Position numbers and translations under genes: made by a program. The notes below the pieces were generated by a model. That model was not told the origin of the DNA and searched no databases. It was given only the letters and a program-made list of their open reading frames with translations. A DNA stretch of 64,000 nucleotides from Candidatus Ozemobacteraceae bacterium (GTDB taxonomy: Bacteria > Muiribacteriota > Ozemobacteria > Ozemobacterales > Ozemobacteraceae). The stretch spans positions 33,271 through 97,270 of the forward strand of contig DAOSOK010000004.1 in assembly GCA_035373905.1 (NCBI GenBank), given 5' to 3'. Each line of letters begins with the position of its first letter. The first letter of the stretch is position 1. This document shows, piece by piece, positions 20,486-30,308 of this stretch.

Positions 20486-22236
20486 TTCAGGAAATGCGTC
20501 GCGTGTATATCGCGGCCCGCCAAGGTGATCGCCAGGCGGTTCTTGCGGCCCTGTTCGCCGCCGGGGTCGTGCATGTCGAACCGGCTCGCCCCGATGCGGT
20601 GAAGCCGTCCGCCGAACTGGCGCATGACTTGGCGCGTGGTGAGAAGGCCCTCCAGGCCATCGACGCCGTCGAGCCGGCCGTCGACACCGTTGCGGCGCCG
20701 CCGGGAACTCCGGCCCGGCTGATCGACGAGGTGCATGCCCAGCTCGTGCTGATCGAACGCCTCCACACGGACCGCCAGGAACTCAAACGCGAACTTGCCC
20801 AGGTGAAGCCCTGGGGCCGTATCAGCCAGACCGATCTGGAAAAACTCGCCGCGGCGGGCCTTACCGTCCGTTTTTGCACCTGCCCGGCGGCGTATGTTCA
20901 AGATTCTATATTTGCAGATATTGTGCATGAGGCCGGCGTGTCGGACGGCGTGTCTGCGTTGCTTGCCGTGAGCCGCGGTCCCGTCGAGGTCAGGCCGCCC
21001 GCGCAGGCGGTTCCCGTCCCGCCGCGGGACGCCTCGGAGATCGAGGCGGCGCTCGCCACTCTCAAGGAGGAGGAACGGCGCCTGTCCGGTCAGCTCCGCG
21101 AGCTCGCCATGCGCCGAGAGGACGTGCGGAGCTACCTGGCCGAGCTGAAAGAGCGCATCTCGTTCCAGAACGTCGAGGCCGGGCTTGCGGAAGAAGGTCC
21201 CGTCTTCATCATGCAGGGGTGGGTGCCCGCAAACCGGGTCGAGGCGCTTCACGCCGCTCTCGAGGGAACCCGGCTTCCCGTCGGCGTCGTGACCCAGGCG
21301 CCGGCGGACGACGAGGCGCCGCCGACGGCGTTCGCGAACTCGCCCTGGGTGCGCCCCATCGAGTGTCTGTTCTCCCTGCTCGGCGTTACGCCGGGGTATC
21401 GCGAGGCCGACATCAGCCCGGCGTTCCTGCCGTTCCTCACGATCTTCACCGCCATGCTCGTCGCGGACGCCGGATACGGCGTCGTGGCGCTCGTCGCCCT
21501 GCTGGCGGCTCGGAAACCCCTGATTTCGAGGGGCGTGCCGGAGCAGGTCCTGACGTTGTTCACGATCCTGTTCGCGGGCGTCGCCGGGTGGGGAGTGTTG
21601 ACGAACGCCTGGTTCGGGGCGCCGCTGATGAACAAAGCGCTGATCCTGACCGGCGACCAGCAGAAGGACGAACTGTTCCTGAAGCAGCTGTGTTTTCTGA
21701 TCGGCGCCGTTCACCTGACGGTCGCGCATGTCTGGAAGATCCGGCGCGCCGCGCTCGGCCTCGCGACGATCGCGGAAGCCGGGTGGGTGCTGTTCATCTG
21801 GGCGATGTGGGCGCTGGTCGAAGTGCTTGTGAACGGGAGCCCGGCGCCGTCCTGGATGCTGCCGCTGTTCGGCGTCTCCCTGGTCATGATCGTCCTGTTC
21901 ACGGACTTTTCGTGGAACCTGTTCGCGGCGGTCGGCAAAGGACTTGGCGCCGTCGCCCTCAACGCGGCGGGCTTCCTCGGGGATATCATCAGCTATATTC
22001 GCCTCTGGGCCGTCGGGCTGGCCGGAGGCGTGCTGGCGGCGAGTTTCAACCAGATGGTGAAGCCGCTTCCCCTGCTGCTCGTGGCGGTCATCCTGGTCGC
22101 CGCCCACCTGCTGAACTTCGCGCTCGGTCTCGTCGCGATCTTCGCGCACGGGGTGCGGCTGAACCTTCTCGAGTTCTCGAATCATCTCGGTATGGAATGG
22201 ACGGGCCGCGTATACGACCCGTTCGGCAAAAAGTAA
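20482..22236 (+). CDS. atpI: V/A-type ATP synthase subunit I (membrane a-subunit)
   Basis: The ATG at 20482 overlaps the atpD stop. A soluble N-terminal coiled-coil half is followed by a polytopic membrane half with a conserved Arg (YIRLWAVGLAGGVLA); 585 aa. The upstream part of ORF 20059 is rejected. Confidence 0.8.
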   Translation: MIQEMRRVYIAARQGDRQAVLAALFAAGVVHVEPARPDAVKPSAELAHDLARGEKALQAIDAVEPAVDTVAAPPGTPARLIDEVHAQLVLIERLHTDRQELKRELAQVKPWGRISQTDLEKLAAAGLTVRFCTCPAAYVQDSIFADIVHEAGVSDGVSALLAVSRGPVEVRPPAQAVPVPPRDASEIEAALATLKEEERRLSGQLRELAMRREDVRSYLAELKERISFQNVEAGLAEEGPVFIMQGWVPANRVEALHAALEGTRLPVGVVTQAPADDEAPPTAFANSPWVRPIECLFSLLGVTPGYREADISPAFLPFLTIFTAMLVADAGYGVVALVALLAARKPLISRGVPEQVLTLFTILFAGVAGWGVLTNAWFGAPLMNKALILTGDQQKDELFLKQLCFLIGAVHLTVAHVWKIRRAALGLATIAEAGWVLFIWAMWALVEVLVNGSPAPSWMLPLFGVSLVMIVLFTDFSWNLFAAVGKGLGAVALNAAGFLGDIISYIRLWAVGLAGGVLAASFNQMVKPLPLLLVAVILVAAHLLNFALGLVAIFAHGVRLNLLEFSNHLGMEWTGRVYDPFGKK

Positions 22237-22248
22237 GGAGCTGAAACC

Positions 22249-22746
22249 ATGATTGAACTGCTTGGCAAGTTTGCGTGTGGTCTCGTTCTCGGCCTTGGCG
22301 GCATCGGAAGCTGTCTCGGCATCGTCTCTGCCGGCACGGCGGCGGCCGGCGCCTGGGCAAGCGAAGGAAAAGCGGGCAAGAACCTGTCGTTCCAGTACAT
22401 CATCATGGTTGCGGCGCCCATCAGCCAGACGCTGTATGCGATGATCGTCATGCTGACCATGATCAAAGTCGCCGGCAACCCGGAAAACGCCCTGTTGTGC
22501 CTCGGCGTCGCCCTCGGAACCGGCATCATCGAACTCTTCTCCGCCTGGTATCAGGGCCTCATCGGCGCCGCCGGCATTCGCGCGATGGTCGAGAACGGCG
22601 GCAAGGGCTTCGGTCTGCTGATCATCGCCCTCGGCATCATCGAAACCGTCGGCATCTTCGGCATGGTGTTCGGCCTCCAGATTCTCAACTCGGATCTCGC
22701 CAAAGCAGCCATCACGGCCGGGGCCGCGGCGACAGGCGCCCAGTAA
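22249..22746 (+). CDS. atpK: V/A-type ATP synthase proteolipid subunit K (c-ring)
   Basis: 165 aa consisting of two duplicated Gly/Ala-rich TM hairpins, with the essential carboxylate in GIIETVGIFGMV. Confidence 0.85.
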   Translation: MIELLGKFACGLVLGLGGIGSCLGIVSAGTAAAGAWASEGKAGKNLSFQYIIMVAAPISQTLYAMIVMLTMIKVAGNPENALLCLGVALGTGIIELFSAWYQGLIGAAGIRAMVENGGKGFGLLIIALGIIETVGIFGMVFGLQILNSDLAKAAITAGAAATGAQ

Positions 22747-22787
22747 ACTCCTTCCGGCGCAGCCGTTCCGGCTTCGCTCGATCAGAT

Positions 22788-22830
22788 GCCGGGTTTTCCG
22801 CGAAAACGGAAAACCCGGCATCGTCGTTTT
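22788..22830 (+). terminator. hairpin terminator-like structure after the V-ATPase operon
   Basis: A perfect 13-bp stem (gccgggttttccg / cggaaaacccggc) with loop cgaaaa, followed by a T-containing tail (tcgtcgttttcgg). Confidence 0.45.
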
Positions 22831-22948
22831 CGGTCGTGAAGGAAAAAAGTTGTCAAGATTGCACGAGATAGCATATAGTAGTGATTGAATGGAGCTTTTC
22901 TGCCGGTTGATCGTGCGCCGGCCGATCGGATACAACGCCACTCAAAGG

Positions 22949-24049
22949 ATGACATCTATGACCGCCACCTCCTTTGGAAAATATATTATATATATAAATA
23001 TATATTGGTTTCTTGCGGGCTTCGCTCTGCTGGGATGCGTTGCGGAAGCGAAACCGGGGGAGGGGCTGGTGCTCATGAGCGGCGACCTTTCCCACCGGTT
23101 CATGGTGAAGACCATGACCGAACCGAACGCCGGGGCCGGCAAGGAAAAACACAGTTTCGCCTCCAAGGCTCAGTTGAACCTCTTCCGGACCGACGGAGAC
23201 CGGGAGTGGCATGTGTCGCTCTCCACGCTCGACAACAGTCATCTCGCGTCGTCACTGAAGACGCTTTCCCGCGAAGGAACCCGCATCCTGACCGTCCGGG
23301 ACTTCCAGTTCGTGAATCTGTATGGCCGATGGTCGCTGCCGGATGGCACGGCCGTGAGGATCGGCCGGACGCAGGTGCCGTTTCTGAAATTCAAGAGCGA
23401 GCTACTGTGGGACAACGACATCTACTGGGACGGCTTCTGGCTCGAGCATCCGGCGCGCGGGCTCGGCAGGAAGGCCGTCTGGCACGGCGGCGCCTTCGAA
23501 ATCCACCGGGATCTCCGGTTCAGGGGCGACCGGCTGTATGTCATGGGCGCCATGGGACAGCCGAAGGCCGGCCGGACGCAGCTCGAGTGGCGGATCGACC
23601 GGTTCCAGTACGGCATCGACACGGCAGGCTGGGCCCGGACGACGGCCCCCGGATATCGGATCGTGAACGGATACGTCGCCGCCGAGTGGCCTTCTCAGGT
23701 GCGGGTGACGTTCGACTGGGCGAGAAACTTTCTGGCTGATGGTCCCGGACCCCTCCATCGGGGCGGGGACGCCTGGAACGCGACGCTGCTGCTCGGCAGG
23801 ATGAAACGCGCGGGACGCTTCCAGGTCATTTCGCAGTATTTCCAGGCCGGCGCCGATGCGGTGCCCGGAAACTTCGTCGCCTACGAAAAGCGGAACAACA
23901 TGCAGGGAATCCTGCTGACGATGAAATACAAGCTGGCTCCCCGCGTGGACATCGTCGCGAGCCACCTGGATTGGAGGCGTATCGAGGCAGCCGCCGGCGG
24001 CGACCGCCGATACCGCCGCTGGGAATGGGCGCTCAACCACTCCTTCTAG
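22949..24049 (+). CDS. putative outer-membrane beta-barrel protein (porin-like), possibly lipidated
   Basis: The signal with a lipobox-like FALLGC follows a strikingly AT-rich codon stretch; alternating amphipathic beta-strand pattern and a C-terminal ...WALNHSF ending in Phe. The alternative start at 22889 is less likely. Confidence 0.45.
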   Translation: MTSMTATSFGKYIIYINIYWFLAGFALLGCVAEAKPGEGLVLMSGDLSHRFMVKTMTEPNAGAGKEKHSFASKAQLNLFRTDGDREWHVSLSTLDNSHLASSLKTLSREGTRILTVRDFQFVNLYGRWSLPDGTAVRIGRTQVPFLKFKSELLWDNDIYWDGFWLEHPARGLGRKAVWHGGAFEIHRDLRFRGDRLYVMGAMGQPKAGRTQLEWRIDRFQYGIDTAGWARTTAPGYRIVNGYVAAEWPSQVRVTFDWARNFLADGPGPLHRGGDAWNATLLLGRMKRAGRFQVISQYFQAGADAVPGNFVAYEKRNNMQGILLTMKYKLAPRVDIVASHLDWRRIEAAAGGDRRYRRWEWALNHSF

Positions 24050-24068
24050 GTTCTTGCGATCGGGCGGT

Positions 24069-26931
24069 TCAGGCGTGGTGCTTCCGGAAATGCCGGAGCC
24101 AGGCGAGGAACTTCTCGGTCTGGGAACCGATCAGTTCGGTCAGGAGGATCGCCTCGCGGTCCTGGTAGTTCTTGAGGGCGAACTCAGACAGCAGGTTGAG
24201 GCAGCCGGGGTCGCTGAACAGCTCGAGCAGACGGTCGAAATGATGCCTGAACTCCTCGGCCTTCTTCTGCCGCTCCTCTGACGAAAGACTTGGACGACGC
24301 AGTTTGAGCCGCTCGAGGAGAGACAACGGCTGGTTGAAGAGCTGGGCGAGACAGGTCGGACCCCGCGGCTGGCGTGCCCAGATATACAGGATGTCGAGCA
24401 TCGCGGTGAGCCGCACGTCGCGATCGTGCGAGCTCAGGCGCGGGAGCAGCTCGCTGAGGTCGCGCTTGCGGATGACGATGCGCTGGCTGTATTTCCCGAA
24501 GCCCTCGATGAAGCCGCCCACGACGTCGGACCAGAGTTTCGCCTGAACGATGCTCGGAATGCCGATCAGGTTGCCGATCGGCGCGAAGGTCGTCGCGAAC
24601 GGCCAGGCGAGCACCGTGCGGAAGAAGTTCGCCCGGATGACCCGGCGGTCGAAGTTGCGCAACCGGTTATGGGTGCTGATGTAGATTCCGTTCGCCATGC
24701 AGAGGAAGAAGAACTTGGCGCCCTCGAACAAGAAGCCCGACTTCTCGAGCGGCCAGTTTTCGTCGAACGCGATTTTCACGATGCCCAGGATCGGGACGCT
24801 GAAGCCGGTCCAGAATAAGGACTGAGATATATTATCGAAGTTGACGTTGCGGAGGCTCCAGTTCCGGATGAGGATCCCGGAGCTTGCGAGCAGGTCGACC
24901 AGCATGTTCCGGGTGCCGGTGATCAGGAACCAGATCGTCGCAAACATCACCCCGGCCAGCTGGCCGAACTGGTAATTCATGAACGAGAACGCCACGATGA
25001 ATCCGATGGTGATGCGCCAGAGGCTCTTGAGGCCGGGGTTCACATACGCCCAGAACTCTCCGGGCGGGACGAGGGCGAGCGCTTCCTCGTCTCCGACCAG
25101 ATTCCGGAAGGGCTTCCCGATCTTTCCCATGCAGACGACATCCGACGCGCTTCCAATCGGCGCATCGGGGCTGTCGTTCTTCTTTCCGCCGTGGATGACG
25201 AGGTCGGCGATCGGCCGGGGCACCTTATAATGCGATTCGAGGAATTCGGGGCGCACCGACTCGGGAATGTTGCCGACCTTGATGAAGCCCATGCCCGGGA
25301 TCGTCGGGTCGCGGCCGGTCGAATCGCTGCCGCAGACGGGAACCAGCGGCCGGCGTGCGATGAGTTCCCGGGCTTTTCTGACCTGCTCGCGGGTTCCGCC
25401 CGTGATGCCGTGCTGCTCGAGGAAGTTCACGATGTCGTCATCGGTGCCGTTGTTGAGCAGGTAGACGAACTTGTTGAAGATGATCAGGTCGTTCGGGTTG
25501 CGCGACGAACTGTCGCGCAGGTTCAGGGTCTCGATGTGCGAGATGCGGGCGATATGCTTGAGCAGGTGCTGCATCGAGTCCTTGAGGCCGATTTCGAGGG
25601 GGTGAATCATCACGATCCGGCCGCCTTGGCCGATCAGCGTGTCGAGAATCGGCTCTTCTTCGGCGAACTCGCTGTCGTAATCGACGACGTCCCGGCCCTC
25701 CATGTAAGCGGCGCGCAGGCTTTCGGGCGTCATCGTCTCATACTGCTCGCGGACGGCCTCGTATTGCGACGAGATGTTCTTGAACTCCCACTCACTGTAG
25801 ATGCCCCGCGCGAGCCGGTCTTCGGCGGCCAAGACCTGTGCCTTCAGCTGGAGGACGCGGCGCTGAAGGATGTCGCGAAACTTCTGGAACAGGAGTTCGC
25901 CGATATGAACCCGGGAAATCTGGCCGCAGGCGACGATACGGTCCAGTTCCTCGAGGGTGAGGGGGGGGAACCAGCAGGGGCTGTCGGGCTCCCAGCCGGA
26001 ATTGAGCCGGGGCCGCTGGAGCGTGTTGAATCGCTCGACGGCCGCGACCATCGTCTTGTGGCGGCTCGCCGCGTTCGTGCGGAGGCCGCTTAGAAACGGC
26101 GTGAAAATCATCCGACGTTCGTCGAAGAACGCGAAGAACTCCTTGCTGTCCGCGGTCTCGGGAGGCACATACATGTAGTGCCGACGTGCGCCGCTGTGTC
26201 CGACGCTGAACTCGATGCCGATGTTGACCTTGATGCCGAGCAGGTTCCCGGCGGTGATCGCCTCGTGGATCATGCGCCGCTCGTCGAGGTTCGAATACAC
26301 GATGGTGAGGCGTGAGATGCCCTTCACAAAAGCATCCAGCAGCACCTGCGTCGGAGTTTTGCGGCCTTCCGACAGGAAGTCGTGAACGTGGTCGTCCCAG
26401 CCCATGTCGAGCTCGCGGAGCGGTTTCTCCTCTTCGGGCACCTCGACCAGGTGGAGCTTGTTGAGGAACCGGCGGACGACCGCTTCCTGTCCGAACGAGA
26501 CCAGACCGAAGTCGGCCATGGCTTCCATCTGGCGTCGGCGGTTGCTGCGGGACTTGACGACCTCTTTCATCAGGTCGATCTGGATGCGCGCCGTGTTCAG
26601 CGGCATGTTGATCGTCTTCGCGTGCAGGGACTGGTCGACCAGCATTGAGAGGGCCGCAAGCCGCTCCTCGGCGGAGTTCGGGGAAAGGTCGCGCGCGATC
26701 TTGATATAGGCGCCCGCGATGCTGAGACGCCGTTTGCCGAAGTCGCGGACGAATCCGCCGGGGTGGGAGAGGTGCCGGACGTTCAGTCGGGTCGGAGGCT
26801 CGTCGAGCTTGTGGTTGACGGCATCGACCAGCGACTCGATCTCGTTGTTGAAGCTCAACCAGTCGATCAGGCGGGACAGCAGGCCGACGGCCGTGTCGTG
26901 GGAGGTTTGCAGCAGCCAGCGGAGCATGTTC
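24069..26931 (-). CDS. large conserved hypothetical protein (~954 aa): N-terminal soluble region plus C-terminal polytopic membrane domain
   Basis: Start chosen at the ATG at 26931 (MLRWLLQTSHD...). The track ORF continues upstream to 28508, but that part is antisense to glmM. The C-terminal 250 aa contain 5-6 hydrophobic helices (ITIGFIVAFSF..., FATIWFLITG..., FWTGFSVPILGIV...). No family recognised. Confidence 0.45.
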
Positions 26932-27123
26932 GGATCCTGATCCTTTCTCGATGCCGGCCTTCGCCGGATGCCGTGATCGTGCGGTTGCTTCTTTTGCGTG
27001 TAACACAAAAAGGGAAAACCCGCCCCACCCCCGACCCGGTTTCGGACATCGGGGCGAACGCAACAGGGTTTCCCTCGGACCTCAACATTATACCCCCCCG
27101 ATCGGGAAAATTCAATCGGAAGG

Positions 27124-27134
27124 TGTGATATACT
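27124..27134 (+). promoter_or_regulatory. extended -10 promoter element (TGtgaTATACT) for glmM
   Basis: gTGaTATACT lies 34 nt upstream of the glmM ATG; the same motif recurs upstream of 33707. Confidence 0.35.
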
Positions 27135-27167
27135 CATTTCATTCATCACGTCCCCGGAGGTTTTTCC

Positions 27168-28517
27168 ATGGCACGACTGTTCGGTACCGATGGTGTTCGA
27201 GGTGTGGCCAACCAGTATCCCCTGACGGCCGACATGGCGTTCCGGATCGCCCAGGCCGGCACCCGCCACCTGCTCCTCAACCACAAGAAACACGATCGGC
27301 CGATCTTCGTCGGCAAGGACACCCGCCTGTCCGGCGACATGCTCGAGCACGCCGTGGCGGCCGGCATCGCCTCGATGGGCGCCGAAGCCCGACTGCTCGG
27401 CGTGGTTCCGACCCCCGCCGTCGCCTTCATCACGCGCGAAATGCAGGGCCTCGGAGGGATCGTCATCAGCGCTTCGCACAACCCCTTCCAGGACAACGGC
27501 ATCAAGATCTTCGCCGCCGACGGATATAAAATATCGGATGCTACAGAAGACGCCATCGAGAAGGACGTGACCGGCACCGCTTCGTTCATCCTTCCGACCG
27601 GGGAAAACCTTGGCCGCGTGACGGCTGATACGGCCTCGGTGCAGTTCTGGCTGGCCCATCTCGCGAAGATCCTCGGCGACTCTCACGGGGCGAAACGCCT
27701 CAAGGTCGGCCTGGACCTGGCGAACGGCGCCCTGGCCCCCTGGGCCGTGAAGTTCTTCACCGATCTCGGGTTCAGCGTCGACGCCATCGGCAACTCGCCC
27801 GACGGGCGCAACATCAACGCGAACTGCGGATCCACCCACGTTCAGCATCTCGTCGAGATGATGGGGCGCGAGCATTTCGACGTCGGCTTCGCGTTCGACG
27901 GCGACGCCGACCGGGTCATCGCCGTGACGAGCCAGGGCGACATCATTGACGGCGATTATATATTGGCCATTACAGCAAAATACCTCAAGCAGCAGGACAA
28001 GCTGCCGGGCAACTCGCTCGTCACGACCGTCATGAGCAATCTCGGCCTCGACCTCGCCATGAAGGGCCTCGACATCAAGGTGCTCAAGACGAAGGTCGGG
28101 GACAGGTTCGTTCTCGAGGAGATGAAGCGCACCCAGACGATCGTCGGCGGCGAACAGTCGGGTCACATCATCCTTTCCGACTACGCCACCACCGGAGACG
28201 GCCTGCTGACGGCCTGCTTCATTCTCAAGATCATCCGCGACACCGGCGCTTCGCTGAAGGAACTCAGCGAGGTGATGATGAAGCTGCCCCAGGTGCTCGT
28301 GAACATCCGGGTCAAGAACAAGAACTTCGATGCGGTCCCCCAGATCCAGGAGGAAATCCGCCTTTCCGAAAAGAAACTCGCCGGCCGTGGTCGCGTGCTG
28401 GTCCGCCCGTCCGGCACCGAGAACCTCGTGCGCGTGATGGCCGAGGGGCCTGACGAACGCGAGATTCGCCACCTCGTCGACGGGATCGCGAAGGCGATCT
28501 CGAATCATCTCTGCTGA
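27168..28517 (+). CDS. glmM: phosphoglucosamine mutase
   Basis: MARLFGTDGVRG N-terminus, active-site Ser in SASHNP, the four alpha-D-phosphohexomutase domains, and 449 aa. Confidence 0.9.
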   Translation: MARLFGTDGVRGVANQYPLTADMAFRIAQAGTRHLLLNHKKHDRPIFVGKDTRLSGDMLEHAVAAGIASMGAEARLLGVVPTPAVAFITREMQGLGGIVISASHNPFQDNGIKIFAADGYKISDATEDAIEKDVTGTASFILPTGENLGRVTADTASVQFWLAHLAKILGDSHGAKRLKVGLDLANGALAPWAVKFFTDLGFSVDAIGNSPDGRNINANCGSTHVQHLVEMMGREHFDVGFAFDGDADRVIAVTSQGDIIDGDYILAITAKYLKQQDKLPGNSLVTTVMSNLGLDLAMKGLDIKVLKTKVGDRFVLEEMKRTQTIVGGEQSGHIILSDYATTGDGLLTACFILKIIRDTGASLKELSEVMMKLPQVLVNIRVKNKNFDAVPQIQEEIRLSEKKLAGRGRVLVRPSGTENLVRVMAEGPDEREIRHLVDGIAKAISNHLC

Positions 28518-28526
28518 CGGGAAGCG

Positions 28527-29144
28527 GTGCGGGCGATGCGAGAAAACGGAACGATGAAGCCCCTTTCGAGGCGGTTCGCCGTTTTCTTTGCCGCCGCCCT
28601 GCTGCTTGCGCCCGGGTGCGGCCGCAAACCCCAGAACCCCGGCCAGAATGATCCCGGGAAGAAATCGCCGGATTCCGTCGCCGTCACCGGCCGGGCTTCC
28701 GATACGGTCTCGCCGGCAGGTGCCGGAAACGGCGCCATCTCATCGGGCGGCGCGCTCCTGCCGGGCCGCGGCGAGGCCCAGAAGGCGCCCATGACTCCCG
28801 CCGTCAGGCGCGAGTTCGAGCGCCGCTACGACAAAGGCATCGAACTCCTCGAAAAGCAGGAATACGGCGAAGCTTCCCGCATTTTCGAACAACTCCTCAC
28901 CGAAAGCTCCGATCCGCAGGATGCGAGCGTTGCCGCCTACTGTCTCGCCGAGATCTGCTTCCGGAACAAGTCGAATGCCCGGGCTCTCGAACTGTTCAAG
29001 GAAATCGTCGAGAAGTATCCCGGCACGCCGGCCGCCGACAATGCGAAGGCCGGCATCGAGTACCTCGAGAATTTCCACAAGCACGAGGCCGATTACGTTT
29101 CCCCGGACGTGGAGGATCGGAAGCGCCGGGGAGCGGGCCGATGA
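28527..29144 (+). CDS. TPR-like helical lipoprotein (YbgF/tol-pal-like fold)
   Basis: An N-terminal hydrophobic segment ends in LAPGC, then a G/S/P-rich linker, then TPR-like helices (YDKGIELLEKQEYGEASRIFEQLL ... AAYCLAEICF ... ALELFKEIVEKYPG). Start may be 28554. Confidence 0.5.
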   Translation: MRAMRENGTMKPLSRRFAVFFAAALLLAPGCGRKPQNPGQNDPGKKSPDSVAVTGRASDTVSPAGAGNGAISSGGALLPGRGEAQKAPMTPAVRREFERRYDKGIELLEKQEYGEASRIFEQLLTESSDPQDASVAAYCLAEICFRNKSNARALELFKEIVEKYPGTPAADNAKAGIEYLENFHKHEADYVSPDVEDRKRRGAGR

Positions 29145-29175
29145 TGGACCCGTGCGGCGAAAAGGGCAAAATGGC

Positions 29176-29655
29176 ATGAAACAGGCGTTCGAACGGCGAC
29201 ACGGTTTCTCGATCATCGAAGTGCTCCTGGCGATGCTCATCATCGGTGCCGGCGTCGTGCCGGTGCTGTCGCTGTTTCTGACCGGTTCCCGCACCGTCGA
29301 GAAGGGCGGGTTGCTGCTGTCGGCCACCATCGCGGCCCAGAACGTTCTCGACCGCGCGAAGAGCGACGCGTTTCTCTGGGGCAACGTCCCGCTCACCCTG
29401 GATTTTCCCGATCCCGATCATCCGCAGTTCACGCTGCCCGCCTTCTTCGCGAAGAAATACAGCGCGTCCGGGACGCTGATCATCGAGGAGGCTCCCGGCC
29501 ACACCGTCATCGGCACCGGCGAGAAGGAGACGAACCTGGTCCAGGTCAGCGTCATCATTCGCTGGATCGAAAACAAGACCGCGCGGTCGACCAGGCTCGT
29601 GACGTACCGTGCGAACACGAACTGCTTCGACCTGAAGACGTCCGCGAAATTCTGA
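29176..29655 (+). CDS. prepilin-type N-terminal cleavage/methylation domain protein (pseudopilin/type IV pilin-like)
   Basis: Internal ATG at 29176. Class III signal ...RRHG|FSIIEVLLAMLIIGAG, with Glu at +5 after the Gly. Confidence 0.7.
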   Translation: MKQAFERRHGFSIIEVLLAMLIIGAGVVPVLSLFLTGSRTVEKGGLLLSATIAAQNVLDRAKSDAFLWGNVPLTLDFPDPDHPQFTLPAFFAKKYSASGTLIIEEAPGHTVIGTGEKETNLVQVSVIIRWIENKTARSTRLVTYRANTNCFDLKTSAKF

Positions 29656-30308
29656 TGAACCGCGAGGAACGAGTGAAACGCATCTCGGTGATGGCGCGCC
29701 CGGCAAGCGGTTTTACGCTCGTCGAACTTGCAATATCCGCCGTTATCGTATCGCTGATCGGTCTCGTGCTCGTGGCCGTCTTCCGAAGCAACCTCGCCAC
29801 CTGGAAATGGGGCCAGGAACGCATGGAGTTCAACCAGAAGATTCAGCTCGCCATGAAGCAGGTATTCACCGACATCAAGCGCATCAATCCCGTCGTCCTC
29901 ACCGACACCCAAGGGAATCTCTGGTTCAAGGGGGAGCGCATCGGCGACCTGTTTCCCAACGTCATCGAAGTCGTCGACACCGACAAACAGCCGGAAAACG
30001 GAGGCGAGGAGCTGATCTTCCAGCATACGACCTATCGCAAGCCCGGCGAGCGGACGCAGGTGCGGCTGTTCCTCGAGCAGGGGGCCCTCATGCGCGAGAC
30101 GACGGACCAGAACGGGACCCGCTCCCGCGTCGTGATCTCCGACAAGGTTTCGAACCTGCATTTCGTGCGCAACACGGCCGACATCAACGAGATTTCCGTT
30201 TCGATGACGATCGCGGATGACATGAACCCGAAGCTCACCGAGGACCTCGTCTTCGCCGTCCGCCTCGACACCGATCTCGTATGCGTGAAAGCGAGGGACG
30301 GCTCATGA
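29655..30308 (+). CDS. prepilin-type N-terminal cleavage/methylation domain protein (pseudopilin-like)
   Basis: ...ASG|FTLVELAISAVIVSLIGLVLVAV; the ATG overlaps the upstream stop (TGATG). Confidence 0.7.
   Translation: MNREERVKRISVMARPASGFTLVELAISAVIVSLIGLVLVAVFRSNLATWKWGQERMEFNQKIQLAMKQVFTDIKRINPVVLTDTQGNLWFKGERIGDLFPNVIEVVDTDKQPENGGEELIFQHTTYRKPGERTQVRLFLEQGALMRETTDQNGTRSRVVISDKVSNLHFVRNTADINEISVSMTIADDMNPKLTEDLVFAVRLDTDLVCVKARDGS

Noticed and set aside
20197-22941. 914-aa minus-strand ORF across atpI/atpK
   Set aside because: It is antisense to two strongly supported V-ATPase genes and has an Arg/Gly/Asp-rich composition with no motifs.
26932-28508. N-terminal ~525 codons of the 1479-aa minus-strand ORF 24069..28508
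   Set aside because: It is antisense to the clearly real glmM and encodes Gly/Arg/Asp/His-rich low-complexity peptide typical of GC-rich shadow frames; the gene was truncated to the Met at 26931.
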